Source: Candidatus Micrarchaeia archaeon (GTDB taxonomy: Archaea; Micrarchaeota; Micrarchaeia; Norongarragalinales; Norongarragalinaceae). From it: 64,000 bases of DNA. Position numbers and translations under genes: made by a program. The notes below the pieces were generated by a model. The model ran no database searches, was not told where the DNA came from, and worked only from the letters and a program-made list of their open reading frames with translations. Positions 1-12,400 of the stretch are shown here, one piece after another (position 1 is the first letter of the stretch; each line of letters starts with the position of its first letter). Where the stretch lies: NCBI GenBank assembly GCA_041648335.1, contig JBAZPG010000004.1, positions 13,793 through 77,792 of the forward strand, read 5' to 3'.

Positions 1-330
1 TACAAGCAGGACCACCCGCGCTTCTGCCTGGACGTAACCGGGGACATGCGTGCGTTGGCGAAAATCGTTCTCGAGTCCGACAAGACCGGGGGGATAATCC
101 TCGGCGGCGGCGCGGCAAAGCACCACGCAATCGGCGCCCAACTCGCACGCGGGGGTTTCGATTACGCGGTTTACGTTTCCACGGGCTCCCAGTACGACGG
201 CTCCCTGAGCGGCGCCCGAGTCACCGAGGCGGTTTCGTGGGGCAAGGTTAAGTCGCGCGCCCGCGTTGCGAACGTGGAGTGCGACGCTTCCCTTGCTTTC
301 CCGTTGATCGCGGCTGCGCTCAAGGGTTGA
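1..330 (+). CDS. dys: deoxyhypusine synthase (C-terminal part; 5' end outside window)
   Basis: Frame +1 is open from base 1. Motifs GGIILGGGAAKHH and YDGSLSGARVTEAVSWGK match the DHS C-terminus. Confidence 0.9.
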   Translation, partial: YKQDHPRFCLDVTGDMRALAKIVLESDKTGGIILGGGAAKHHAIGAQLARGGFDYAVYVSTGSQYDGSLSGARVTEAVSWGKVKSRARVANVECDASLAFPLIAAALKG

Positions 331-364
331 AAAAATAAAGAAAAACTAAAAGGGATTCTCGGAA

Positions 365-709
365 TTACTTGTCCTTCGAGATGTCGTAAATCGCCTTTAT
401 CGCGACGATTGCCGCGGCAGGGGCGATGAACACGCCAGCCAGGGACATCACGTTGCTCATGCTCTCCATGTAGGGGAGGATGGCGAATACGATGTTCAAG
501 CTCGACGCAGCCATCATGAACGCGATCGCCGACACGAGGAACGGAACCGTCTCCTTGTCGCTCACATTCAGGAAGCCAACTATTATGCCCAGGACAGCTA
601 AGACGAGTACTATCGTCGTGTCAGCCGTGGCAAAGAATCCCGCCAGCACGGCGAGAGCCAGACCGATTAGGAAAGCCCACGGGCCCAATTTGTTTACTGA
701 ATCCTTCAC
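365..709 (-). CDS. small multi-pass membrane protein
   Basis: Four hydrophobic segments. GTG start at 709 chosen because GAGGTGA (RBS-like) precedes it. Confidence 0.7.
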   Translation of the reverse strand: MKDSVNKLGPWAFLIGLALAVLAGFFATADTTIVLVLAVLGIIVGFLNVSDKETVPFLVSAIAFMMAASSLNIVFAILPYMESMSNVMSLAGVFIAPAAAIVAIKAIYDISKDK

Positions 710-819
710 TTTTCTGGTCACCTCTTCGTTTAGCCTATTTTCGGCGAGCAACCCGCCCGCCCAAAACACGCAGAACCCATTACACTCCGCCCATTAAAAA
801 AGCGAGGTTTTTACGACAT

Positions 820-2547
820 TTAACGAACTTTTTGTTTTTCGTATAATGCGAGCGCTTCCTCTTCGGTCGTTGCCTCGGCTGGGGTCTTGTCGTAACGCAC
901 GCGCACCAGTCGCGGGAAACGCAACGCAAGCCCGCGTCCCGCGCTCTTGGCTGCGGTGTGCACCTCGCTCTGGCTCAATTCATCGGCTTTAACTTCCACC
1001 ACGATTTCGGGTTTCACCCAGGCGTGCGGCTCGATTAGCGAGTCAACTTCGTCCGGCTTCTTGGGCAGTTTGATTTTCTCGAGGCGTTCACTCAACTCTG
1101 CCAGCTGGGCTTCGCTGAAACCAGTTCCTATTTTCGCAATCGTGCGGTAGCCGCGTCCCGCGCGCACTGCGGTGAGCAATCCGCCGAGCCCGAATTCGGT
1201 GCGCTTGCCTTTCCCGTAATAATAACCGACAACGACCACGTCAAGGGTGTCAGCCAATCCCTCGGAATACGATTTCTTGAGTTTTATCCAGGCGAACTTG
1301 CGCGCCCCCGCGGCGTACGGTGCAGCGAAGTCCTTCACCATCACTCCCTCGAGCCCGGCGTCCACGCATTCCCCGAAGAATTCCTCGAGTGCCGCCGCGT
1401 CCTTTACGAGCTTGCCTTGCGACAGGCGGATCATCCCGTCCCCGCGCACCAAACCCGCGAGCGCGTTGCGCCGCTCCTTGAACGCCACGGGGGTGTAGTC
1501 GCGCCCGTCAGCGTAAAGCAAGTCGAACGCGAACACTTTGAGGGGGATTTCCTCGGATTTCGCCTTGATTCCGTGCTTGCGTTTGCGTTTCGCGGTCTCC
1601 TGGAACGCCTTGAAAGTGCCCGTGGCCTCGTCGAAGCTGATCGCCTCGCCCTCGAATATCGCCTCTTGCGCGCGCACTTGTTCGCGCACTGCCTTCACCA
1701 CGTCCGGGAACATGGCGGTGGTTTTCTCCTGGCGCCGCGAGTAAATCTCCACGCGCGAGCCGGACTTGTGTATCTGGAGGCGCAAGCCGTCGTATTTTCC
1801 CTCGGCGAAGCACTCGCCCATCTTTTTGATTATCCCCGCGGCATCAGGCAACCGTTCGGCGAGGGCTGGGCGGATGGGGTGGAACGGCTCGGCTTTGACG
1901 GCGCGTACCGCCTCCATTCCCTTCGAGTAAAGCGTCTCAGCCACGAGGCCCAAGTCCGAGGAAAGGTTGAACGCGCGTTCGAGCTCGCCGCGCAAACTCT
2001 TGTTCCCGGCTTTCGCGAACGAGAGCGCGTCGATTATCGTTGCCTCGCCCACGCCAAGGCGCAGCCGTCCGGTTACGAAGCGCGTCACCATCTTCGCCTC
2101 TTCGGGCGAGCCGTTCGAGAACAGTTCCCCGAGGAGCCGCGTCTTGGTGGTCTGGCTGCCCGTGCCCGACGCCGTGGCGATGTGCAACAGGTTGTCATGC
2201 ACTTTTGCCACCGTGAGGTTCGACGAAGCGAGCGAGTGCTGTTCGCGCTTCGCGAGCAACGCCTCGGCAGTTGCACCCAAGTCCCCGGTCTTGCGGTAGG
2301 ACGCCTTCACTTTTTTCTGGGATTGCCCGGAAACCGTTGCCAACGCGTTCACGCACAACGCCTCAGCCAAACCCAGCTCGACATCCTCGAACGCGGGCTT
2401 CACTATCCCCTGTAAAAGGTAAACTATGGCGCGCACCTCGCCGCGGGGCGCCTCCTCGAACAGCGCGCCCAAGTCGCGCGAAATGTCCAAGCGCGAGGAC
2501 TGCCCCTCGAGCTTCGAGAAAACTTCGGCAACGCGCGCGAACTCCAT
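820..2547 (-). CDS. lig: ATP-dependent DNA ligase
   Basis: 575 aa with EGKYDG adenylation motif, EGVMVK, WIKLK and LRFPR. Confidence 0.97.
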   Translation of the reverse strand: MEFARVAEVFSKLEGQSSRLDISRDLGALFEEAPRGEVRAIVYLLQGIVKPAFEDVELGLAEALCVNALATVSGQSQKKVKASYRKTGDLGATAEALLAKREQHSLASSNLTVAKVHDNLLHIATASGTGSQTTKTRLLGELFSNGSPEEAKMVTRFVTGRLRLGVGEATIIDALSFAKAGNKSLRGELERAFNLSSDLGLVAETLYSKGMEAVRAVKAEPFHPIRPALAERLPDAAGIIKKMGECFAEGKYDGLRLQIHKSGSRVEIYSRRQEKTTAMFPDVVKAVREQVRAQEAIFEGEAISFDEATGTFKAFQETAKRKRKHGIKAKSEEIPLKVFAFDLLYADGRDYTPVAFKERRNALAGLVRGDGMIRLSQGKLVKDAAALEEFFGECVDAGLEGVMVKDFAAPYAAGARKFAWIKLKKSYSEGLADTLDVVVVGYYYGKGKRTEFGLGGLLTAVRAGRGYRTIAKIGTGFSEAQLAELSERLEKIKLPKKPDEVDSLIEPHAWVKPEIVVEVKADELSQSEVHTAAKSAGRGLALRFPRLVRVRYDKTPAEATTEEEALALYEKQKVR

Positions 2548-5500
2548 TCAAGGCACCCAGCCGCTGATTATTCCAGTCAACTCGCTTTGCGCGTAAGTCG
2601 ACGGGTCGCCCTGCGCCGCGTCGAAAACGCCGCTTGCGCCCGCACCCGCATTCGCGTTCACCAAACCGAACGCCTCCCACGGCGCGGCATTCGCGAAAAC
2701 ATCCTGTAACGCCGGCGGCACGGGCGCGCACGACGCACTCAAACCGAAACGCACAACCGTGTAAAGCCGGTTATTGAAAACAAATTCTTCCACGCCCCCT
2801 GCCTTTGCCTCGCAAATTGCAACGCAGTTCCCGGAGGGAAGCGGCGAACAAACGAAATTCGCGGTCTTGGGTTCGGGCACGAGCGCGGGCAAGCTCACGA
2901 GCATTCCACTCAATTCGGCGCACGGTGCCACCGCAAGCGAGCACGCCGCCCGGCTGCCCGTGACATCCGAGTAAAAGCTGGGCACCACCACGCTTTGCGT
3001 TTCTTGTGCCTGCGCGAGCGAAGCAAGCGTCGCCTCTTCAGTTACCCGCACCCCGTCGTCCTCGCCGTGCGCGAAACCGCACAAGCGCGTTCCGCCAGCA
3101 GTCATAATCGAAGCGGAGTAATCCCACGTTGAACCGTCCGCACTCGCTGCCTTCAACTCCACTACTGCGGGTCCGCCACACGCTTCAACCGTAAACCCTT
3201 CTTCTTCCAACGCAGTCAAGCCGCCCTCGGCGAGCTGGGCAATGCCTACGAACTCGAATTCACCAAAGCCAAGCGCCCCCGCCGGCGCCCCTGCGCCCCG
3301 TTTGAACGCGCCGGCGTTCGCCGTGCGCAACGCCTCAGCCTTGAACGCCGCCATCATTTCCTTGGCAGCCGAAGCGTCGCACCAACCGCGGCTGCAGCAC
3401 AGCCAGTCCCCGCACGATTCAACGCGGGAACCCAAATCCGTTTTTCCCGGGAACAACGAAACCTGTTGCGGGTAGTCCACGCTTGCCGAAAAACTTCCGC
3501 TCTCGAACGCGGTTGACTCAGTCAGCTCGAACGCCCTGACTGCCGGCGAATCGAACTCAACGCCGTTCACGATGCGCGAGCCGAACTGTTTCTCGTCCAA
3601 AACAAACGCGAGCTTCGCCGCGCCGTCGCCTGGCGTCAACCCGCGCGGCTCAACGAGCAACGCTTCTTCTTCAACCGCAGTCACGCTTATCGGTATTTCA
3701 AGGCGCGCGTCTTTGAGGCAGGACGCGCTCACCACCAGGCGCGCGCCCGCGTCTTCGGGCGCCGCGTTGCCGTCAACCGCAAGCGGGCACGAGGGGTTGC
3801 CTGCGTCCGCGGCTTTGAACCACACCGCCCCGTTTGCATAACCGTAACACGATTCCGTGCCCGCGCTGCTCTCGAAGCGGTAGGCAAGCCCGCACTCTTC
3901 AGCCGTCAAGTCCAACGCAACCGCGTCCGCCGGATAAATCGAGTTGACTTCCAATTCGATTTCCAAGACGCGCGACTTGAGCGCGCCCGATTCGAGCCAG
4001 AAGTCCTCGTGCGCGCCAGTAGAATTCCACGCCGTACCGTTGCCTCCGGTTGCCTCTTCCGGCTTGCTCACCTGAACCGTGAAATCCTCGGTCGCGGCAT
4101 AGCATCCTGCCTTTTCAGGCGCGCGCTCCGCGTTGCCGAGTGCTTCGTCAAGCGGGTCACGCGTCCATTCGCTTCCCTTGATTGAATAGCCGCGGTAACC
4201 GAACGACACGGTTCCCGCGCCGCCGGCGCGCACCTTGAACACGCGTTCGCCCGCGTGCGCCCGCGAACGCGAATCCACCCACTTGTAGCCCCCGTTCAAC
4301 GCCGCAACCGAATCCTGCAAGAGTGCCGCGCAATATTCCCCCGCGTCGTCCAATTCAGCCGAGCTGCGTTCCACCCAGTCGCCTTTCGGGTAGTTGGTAA
4401 TCCAGGCGTCCCCGTGCACGCTCAACGCAACGCCCGCCTCGTCCGCGCCTTCCGCGGGCACGAGGTTGAACACGAGTTCGTATTCGCGTCCTTCCTCGAA
4501 CGCGTCCACGAAACCCGAGGCGTCCCGCGCGCCCACGAACTCCACGCGTGCCGTGCCGTCCGCGCGCTCGAGCTCCACCGAACGCGCGGCGCGTTCGCCC
4601 GGTTCCAAGCCGTCCACGGAAAATTCAGTCGCGGCGTAGCCGTCCGCGTCCGCGCGCACTATTGTTTCTTCAAAAGCGTCCAACTCGAAGCCATCAGCAT
4701 CCACTGAAACCTTTTCGTTGTTTTGCGTGACCTCGAACAAGGCGCGGTCAATCGAATTATTCGCGGAGTCAACCGCGTCCAGAACAAGGAACGCCTTGCC
4801 CCACGCGAGCTTCAGGCTAATGTTCTTGTCCTCGTCGAGCGTTACGCTCGCGGACGCCCGCTTCCCGTTCGCGTAAGCGGATACTGAGTATTCGCCCGCG
4901 TCGAGGCGGAACTCCGCCCGGCCGTCAAGGGCAAAAGCGTCCGCCTTCGCCTTGCCGTCCGCCGAGCGCACCGAGAGGCTCGCATTGCCCGCGTCCACCG
5001 TGACCAACAGTTTCTTGGATGATGCAGTCGAGCGCGCCACGACTTCCACGGTGCCGCCCGGTTGGAATTCGCGGCTGGTTACGGGCGCGAAGCCCGTGCC
5101 GGTTGCAACAAAGTAAAGCGATTCGTTCGAGTACGACGAGTACACTGCCTCGCCGTTCGTTTCCGTTGATGCCAGCGGGTTCGCGGGCAGCGAGTAAACC
5201 GAAATCAAGCAGGGCACGGGCGCGCCTCGCGCGTCCACTGCGCGCAGCGTGGTGTTCACCGGCTCGGCGGACAAGGAGATTTCAAGGAAGTTCGCGCCTT
5301 CGGAGAGCACGCGCGGCTCAGCGGAGCCGTCGAGCACGCCGTCGCCGACGAATACCGCGTACGCCTCGGTGCCCGCGGGCAAACCCCGAATGATTGCGCT
5401 TCCCGCTTCCACGCGCGCGGAACCCAGGAACACGCCCGCGTTGAAGTCGCGCACGAACACTTCACCGTCAACAGGCGCGCCGCTTGCGCCGGTCACGGTG

Positions 5501-5916
5501 ACAACTGCAATCGCCTCTGCGGGTTGTCCCGCTTGGCTCGCAACCGCAGCCGTGGCAAGTGAAATTGTTATTTTGTCGCGCGTGGGAATGAACGCTAAAG
5601 CTTCGGTTTCGTAGCCCTCTTTTGCCAGGCGCAAACCCACGACCGTTCCTGCTTCCGTATCAAAGTAATAAGCACCCGAGGCGTTCGTCTCCCCGCCCCC
5701 GAAATAGTCCCCTATTGAATAGTCCACGCGGACGCCTTCAAGGGGCGACGCGTTCGAGTCAACTACAATAACCGCGAATCCGCCCTGATGGAATATTGTT
5801 TCATTCAATGCCTCCGTTCCCGCCATTGCTTGGGGTTCCAGGAACGCGAAGGCCAAGGCGAGCACTAACACCACGAGAACAGCCATCACAACGCGTTCCG
5901 CAGCAATCCCAGCCAT
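2548..5916 (-). CDS. large acidic surface protein with repeated carboxypeptidase-regulatory-like (prealbumin-fold) domains
   Basis: 1122 aa with an N-terminal hydrophobic anchor, repeated V.D..G.P..G..V / GY modules and a Cys-rich C-terminal half. Paralogous to 6422..12457. Confidence 0.75.
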   Translation of the reverse strand: MAGIAAERVVMAVLVVLVLALAFAFLEPQAMAGTEALNETIFHQGGFAVIVVDSNASPLEGVRVDYSIGDYFGGGETNASGAYYFDTEAGTVVGLRLAKEGYETEALAFIPTRDKITISLATAAVASQAGQPAEAIAVVTVTGASGAPVDGEVFVRDFNAGVFLGSARVEAGSAIIRGLPAGTEAYAVFVGDGVLDGSAEPRVLSEGANFLEISLSAEPVNTTLRAVDARGAPVPCLISVYSLPANPLASTETNGEAVYSSYSNESLYFVATGTGFAPVTSREFQPGGTVEVVARSTASSKKLLVTVDAGNASLSVRSADGKAKADAFALDGRAEFRLDAGEYSVSAYANGKRASASVTLDEDKNISLKLAWGKAFLVLDAVDSANNSIDRALFEVTQNNEKVSVDADGFELDAFEETIVRADADGYAATEFSVDGLEPGERAARSVELERADGTARVEFVGARDASGFVDAFEEGREYELVFNLVPAEGADEAGVALSVHGDAWITNYPKGDWVERSSAELDDAGEYCAALLQDSVAALNGGYKWVDSRSRAHAGERVFKVRAGGAGTVSFGYRGYSIKGSEWTRDPLDEALGNAERAPEKAGCYAATEDFTVQVSKPEEATGGNGTAWNSTGAHEDFWLESGALKSRVLEIELEVNSIYPADAVALDLTAEECGLAYRFESSAGTESCYGYANGAVWFKAADAGNPSCPLAVDGNAAPEDAGARLVVSASCLKDARLEIPISVTAVEEEALLVEPRGLTPGDGAAKLAFVLDEKQFGSRIVNGVEFDSPAVRAFELTESTAFESGSFSASVDYPQQVSLFPGKTDLGSRVESCGDWLCCSRGWCDASAAKEMMAAFKAEALRTANAGAFKRGAGAPAGALGFGEFEFVGIAQLAEGGLTALEEEGFTVEACGGPAVVELKAASADGSTWDYSASIMTAGGTRLCGFAHGEDDGVRVTEEATLASLAQAQETQSVVVPSFYSDVTGSRAACSLAVAPCAELSGMLVSLPALVPEPKTANFVCSPLPSGNCVAICEAKAGGVEEFVFNNRLYTVVRFGLSASCAPVPPALQDVFANAAPWEAFGLVNANAGAGASGVFDAAQGDPSTYAQSELTGIISGWVP

Positions 5917-5943
5917 GAATAAACGATTACGCGTTCGGGGGCT

Positions 5944-6369
5944 TTAAAACAGTTTGACCGTGCCGTCAACCGCCAGGTGGCTCGCGTATGCGGCGCCCCC
6001 GAGCAAGGCGAGCGGCCAGCCCGCGAGGAACGCGAGGGCAGCGGAGAAGAGCGCGAGGCAGGCGAGCGAGTGCGTGAAACCCCGGTGCCTGGGCTTGAGC
6101 ACCAAAACGAGGATGCCCGCGAGCAAACCCGCGCCCAGCCCCCACGCCCAGTTTCCCGTGCGCGAGTACACGAGCGCGCCCGCTCCGAGCGCGACGCCCG
6201 CCAAGATGAAACGGAACAGTTTGCTCTTGTAGTTGTCCGCGTCGGGCGCGAGCGCTCCCAGCGCCACGACTGCCGCGGCAGTCCAGTCAAGGGGAACGCC
6301 GAGCGAGAGAGCGCTTGCGGCGAGCGCTGCCGCTGCCGCACCCGCAACCAAATGCCCGAAAGCGTTCAT
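5944..6369 (-). CDS. YdjM/DUF457-like membrane-bound metal-dependent hydrolase
   Basis: Motifs H...G..APDAD, HRGFTHS and YASHLAVD. Confidence 0.85.
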   Translation of the reverse strand: MNAFGHLVAGAAAAALAASALSLGVPLDWTAAAVVALGALAPDADNYKSKLFRFILAGVALGAGALVYSRTGNWAWGLGAGLLAGILVLVLKPRHRGFTHSLACLALFSAALAFLAGWPLALLGGAAYASHLAVDGTVKLF

Positions 6370-6421
6370 GTTAAACCATTGCTAAAATACGTTTTTATAC
6401 CTCGCGAGGCGAAAACCCATC

Positions 6422-9400
6422 ATGGGTTTACTCGAAGGCGCGCGTGAACGCCTATCCGGCTTTTTGGGCGCGCTCAACGAACGCTATTACTCGTTAATGG
6501 ACTCCCTCCAGGAACGCGGAATCAAGGTTTACGATTGGTTCGTGAACCCCCTTGAGGAACGCGGTATTCCCTCGCTTCCCGTGCTCCTCGTGCTCCTGCT
6601 CGCGTTCGTTGCCGGGGCATTCCTCGCGTTCAACCCCCTTCAATCAACGGTTGCCCTCGAAGTCAGCGTTTACTCCCAGAACGAGCCGCTCGCGGGTGTC
6701 CCCGTAATCGTTTCAGTTGCCGGAAACGCTGCGACGGCGTTCACGGGTGCGGACGGCATTGCCCGCTTCGGAGCGCTGCCGCAGGGCGCGGATGCCCTTA
6801 TAACAATAAAGGAAACTGGTTACGGAAACTATGAGAAGCGCCTCGAACTCGCCCCGACTGATGGCGGGGCAGTTGAATTGCGCGCGAACCTCGAGGCAAT
6901 TGCGAAGCCGGCGATAACCGTGCTCGTCACCGATTCTTCGGGCACGCCGCTCGCGGGCGCCACCCTGTCTTATTCCAGTCCGGCAACGGGCGAACCGGTT
7001 GAAAAGCAAACGGACGCCTCTGGCTCCGTTCGCCTGGAATACTCGCAAAGCAACGAGATTTACTCCTTATATGTAACGCGCGACGGATTCGTCCAAGGGC
7101 GCGTAACCTGTTTTGCCTCTGGTACGGAGTGCGTAATCGAGCTCGAAGCCGAAGCGGACGCGGGCGGCGAACAAGGCGGCGCGCTCGAACCCATCGGCAC
7201 CGTAGTCGTGCGCGTGAAGAACGCGGCGGGAGAAAAAACCGAGGCTACTGTTGCGCTCCACGACGCGAACTCGCCTGCCGTGCTTGCGAGCAGCCGAACG
7301 AGCCAAGGCGTTGCGGTGTTCCGGGGAATCGCAGCGGGCACTTCGGTTTACGTTTCCGTTCAAGCCGAGGGTTACCTTAATTACAACGGCGGAACCGCTG
7401 GCGACGAGCAAACGGTTTCCAGCGCGGGCGACACCCTATTCAGCGTAATCCTCGCAACCGCGGGGAGCGCGGGCGCAAAACAGACGCGCTTCACGATTAC
7501 GGACGCGGAAGGCGCGCCGGTCCAAGGCGCTTACGTTAAACTCTATTCACTCAACGAGCCGCTTGCGTTGCTGGAGTTCCAGTCCACCGATGCCGCGGGC
7601 GACGCGATATTCGAGCTCGACGCGGACGCGCTCGCGTACGCCTCGATTTACGCTGACGGTTTCCTGCCGCGCGTGGAGCAACTCGTGGAGCCCGGCGCAT
7701 TCAAGACGTTCGCGCTCGAACCCCTTGCCCCGGGCAACAACGCCCCGGCTAAAATAACGGTGCTCGATGCGGACAACGGGCCGGTGCCGCAGGCGCGCGT
7801 GTTCATACTCGCGGGCGACGGCTTTGTTCTTGCATTGCCGTACGCGCAGACGCTCGAGGACGGTTCGGTTACTATCGACGGACTCCCGCTCGAAGGATTG
7901 CGCGCGCAGGCATCGAAGGGCGCTAGCCACGGCGAAAGCGACGAGTTCCAACCCGCGAGCGGGGAACTTGCCGAAGCGACGGTTACCTTCGCGCCGCTTT
8001 ACGGTCGCGTCCTCGCAATTGCCTCGGACGCCTCGCAGCCCGGCACGGGCGTTAACGCGCTCGTGCGCGCCTTCATCGAAGGCGAGGAAGTCGCCTCGTG
8101 CCAGTCGAACGCCACGCAATGCGAGCTGGACGTGCGCGCCAACAAACCCGTTACCTTGAAGTTCACCGCAACGAATTACGCTGAAACCATTACGCCCGCG
8201 TTCTCAGTCGCACCCGAGGAAACCGTCTCGAAGGCAGCGCAACTCGTGCCCCTCGCGCTTGCAAACCAGTTGTTCATCGTCTCGTTCGAGTTAATCGACC
8301 CAGCGAACGGACAACCGGTGCCCGAGGGCGCGCCCCTCGAGCGCGGCAAGCAATACGATGCCGTGCTCTACGCGAACCTCCCGCAAGGCGCGGACGCCTC
8401 GGGTTTCCGCCTCTCGCTCGAGGGGCCACAGGAAATCCTGTTCTATTCCGCGCCCGAAGACGCCGAGGCGTCGAGCGGCTCGAACACCCGGGAAGCGTCG
8501 TGCGACTATTGGACGCAGGACGGCGCGGTGCGTTGGGTGAACCTCGAGTTCACCGAGGGCTTCGGGGTGCGCGCTCTCTCCGCCCGCATACTCGTCTCCC
8601 CGCAAGCAACGAAAACGGACGAGCTGGCGTTCGAGTACCGCGCCTACGCCACTGACGGCGGGTTGTGGTACCGCAACCCGTTCGACGAGTCACGCAATTA
8701 TTCCGCTGGCGAAACGCCTTGCGTCGCGCCGTTCACCCGCGTCGAACGCGCGGTAACCGAGGGTTCGACTACGTGCAACGAATACGCCTGCCTTTCGCTG
8801 GTGTTCGACAACGGCGTTGAAACTCGCGGGAACGCGCTCCCGGTTGAAATAGGTGCGGCGTTCTCAACGTTTGTCGAGGCGCGCTTTTACGGCGACTACA
8901 CCTATCCTTACCTCTCGGTTGCCGCGGACGAAACAGAAATACTTTTTACAAGCGAATCGTTCCACAACGAGTCGAGCGAGCCGAATGCCGCGGAGTTCAC
9001 GCGCGAACTCGTGCTCGACGGACTGAATTCCGACGGGGGTGAAATATCCGCGCTCGCCCTTGTTGCGAGCAGGAACGCGGAAATCTCATTCGAATTGGGC
9101 TACCAGGACGGCGTGCTGCTTTCGACGACGCGTCGCATTTCAATTACGGGTGAAGGCGAACTCGTTGCCGCGGTAACACCGCAGGAACTCGAGGCGAACC
9201 AAGACAACGAACTCACGGTTACAGTGTACTCGGGAACGGGCTCTCCCGTGGAAGACGCACTCGTTGAATTACTCGACGGGGAAGGCGCACCGCTTGCGGG
9301 CGAAGAATACTACCTCGCGGGAGACGGCTCGCGCGGCAGCGGAGAGAACGGCGAATACTCTTTCGAAGTGCATCCCTCGTCGCCGGGCACCCTGCTCGTC

Positions 9401-12400
9401 TCGGTCGAACGCGAGGGCTACGCTTCCGCCGAACAGGAAATCGCCGTTGTCGCGACGGACTTCCTTTCGTTCGAACCCGACGCAGCCTCGCTCTCGGTTG
9501 ATTGCGACCCGCTCGAGCTCACGGTGTTCAACGAACTCGCGGTTGCTGCACCCGTGGAAGCGTCGTTCGCGGACAACGCCTGCGTGGTGCTCTCGGGTCC
9601 GCTCGTGACCAACAACGGAAACCACTCTTACTCTTTCACCGTGCCCGCCTCGGGTTCAACTACGCTTTTCGCGGAGCCGATAGTGAACCAGGACTGCTAT
9701 CTCGCGTTGAACTCGGTGCTCGAAGGCACGGGCTCCGCGTACTCTGGTACGGCGTACTTCCAGGTGGATTGCAGCGCGCTCGACCCGGTCGAGGAAGAAG
9801 CAATCGAGGACGACTGTTCTTCCGCGGACTGCGGCGCCTGCACCGAAACGCAGTGCATTGATTTGGAGGGTTACTGCCAACCCGCATATCTCACGCTTCC
9901 GGGAGGGAACCGTTCGTTCAACGGTTGCGTGGACGCCGAGCCAACTCCCGAAGCGTCGTGTAGCGCGGCGAACTGTTCGCTCTGCGACCAACAGGAGTGC
10001 CTCGCGCTCCAGAACCAGGGCGCCTGCCTTGCCGAGTACGCTGCGGGAGTTTACGCGCGCTGTTCTACGCTCGAGGCGTACGATTGTTCGCCTGGCAACT
10101 TCGATTTCTCGAACATACTCGCCCGCCGTCTTGCGCAATACCACGCGGACGCGTTGTTGAACCCGGCCATGGGCAAGCGCGTGATTGCCGCGAGCGCAAG
10201 CAACCAAGTCCTCATCACGAATTACGGCTACTCAATTGGTGCAACCGGTCCAGGTTGTGATAAAAAAGACAACTCAATCGTGTGCGATAAGCCCGTGAAC
10301 GCGATGTTCCCGATTAACGGGATGACTTTCTCGGTGCAGACCACGCTCGGACAGCAAATCAGCGTGCTCGCCGGGCTCGCGGATGAAGAGGATGAAGACA
10401 ATTCGTGTTTCGAGGTTAAGAAAGTGAACGGCGACTCCGCGTTCGGCATTGACGATTTGGCTGAAACCGTGCGCGGAACGCTCGGCGCGATAATGCTCAC
10501 CCCCGAGGCACCTTACGCGACCTACCTCGTGACATTCAAGGGCACGGACCCTGAGTGCGTTGATTACTCGTGGGAGAACGGCTTGCGCATGACCCCCAAG
10601 TCGAATAAGGACACGTTTACAATCGAACTCGAGCCGACTGTGTACGGCGGCGGGCAATTGGGCAGGGTAACCCTCACCTTAAACATGATTACGGAGGACG
10701 ACTCCGAGTATGAGGATTTCGCGGATGACGCCGCCAAGTACGCGTTGTTCGCAGTTCCCGCCTCGGGCACAATCTACAGCCGCGGCGCAACGGTCGAACC
10801 GGTGTTCATCACCGCGAACGCGTTCGACACGGACATTATGATTACTCACGGCGGTTCGACAACCGAGTTGGGTGAAGCGGGCATCGCATTCGTTCAAGCA
10901 AAGCTGGGCGACGCCTTCGAGTTGGATGTCAACGGCGTGAACGGCACGGGCTTTGCATTCGCTCCCGCTTCAACAACCGACACGGGCAACACCATCGCTG
11001 CGGGCGACATCGTGGGTTCGGTTTCCGCGAACGCGTTAACCGTTTTCACTAGTGTTCCTTCCACTGAGGAAGCAACTGCGGATGTGCCCGCATTGCCTTC
11101 CACGAGCGGCACAATAATCAACGGCGGAACATTCGATAACAGCGATTCAGAAACATCAACCGCCTCGAACGACGGCGTTACGGCAGAGGGTTTGGCGTGC
11201 AGTGGAACCGAGTGGTGCACCCCCGAGCAAGCCGCTTCAGCAGCCGAAGCCGCGCAAGCCGACTTGCAGGAATTATACGTTGAATTCTACGAGTCGCTCG
11301 ACCGCGTGGACTCCTCTGGCTTGGTGCAGGGGAGCGAGGAAGTGTTCAACCAGGCGCTTAACGACGCGATTGGCGACTACGCCGCGCGTTCGGCGGTTTA
11401 CCAGGCGTGTAAAGCCGCGGGAACCGACCCGCTTGCCGGACTCCAGGAGGACTGCACTGCGAACTACTTCGGTCCGGGCTTGAACGCGAACCCGTCCGGA
11501 TTCCAAACCAGCGAATATCCACAGCTTTCCGCGCCCGTTCCAGCTTCTTGGCAGGCGCCCCAGGGTTTCGGGAGCGTATACGGAAACGCGTTCACCCAAA
11601 CCGCCTGCAACTCCGAGTTAATGAATTACGGCATGGGTTCGACGCAGGCAATGGGCTCGAACTTCTGGAACTCGTTCACGGGTACGCTCACCGGACAACT
11701 CACGCCCTACTCGGGTGAAGTCGCCACCGGGCAACCCATACTCTCGTTCGACGAGGCAGTCGTGGTAATACCCATGAAAGTCGCGGGCGTGGGCATCGTG
11801 CCCTTCGTGTTCTCTTTCGACGCGGTTGAAGCCGGTTTAGCGGAAGGCGATGTTACCGGACAAGACGAGGACCGCCAACTCGTGCATATAATCGACACGA
11901 TTGACACCACGGGTTCGGTGCGCGCCGCGTCCCTCGTGACGTTCATCCACAAGCCCGACGTTTTCAGTGTACTCGACGGCGGCAGCCCCGAATCGAACGT
12001 GTTCGCGATACCCTACATCAATAACGCACAAACCGTTGTTTTCGCTGCAACGCCGAACCTGTTCACCATGAACAAGTACCCAATGACCATCGCGCCCGAG
12101 TGCGCTTTCGCCTCGTTGAATTATTGGACTGGAATTCAAAGCACGTCCGACGCGACTCAAAGCGGCGTGTTCGATGTTGCCGAACAGACTGTGGAAACAC
12201 TGGCGGTTACTTGCAACGGCGTCGTGAACACCCTAACCATTAACGCATTGACGAACAAGGTTACCGTCGGAAGCGGTGCAAACGCGTTGTTCGAGTGCCT
12301 GCTCGACGAGTCCAAGACGCTCGCGGGCACGGTAAGCGGTGACGAAACGAGCTTGACTTGCGATGGTTGCACTTGCACCCTGATTGAAGAGGCAACAGAA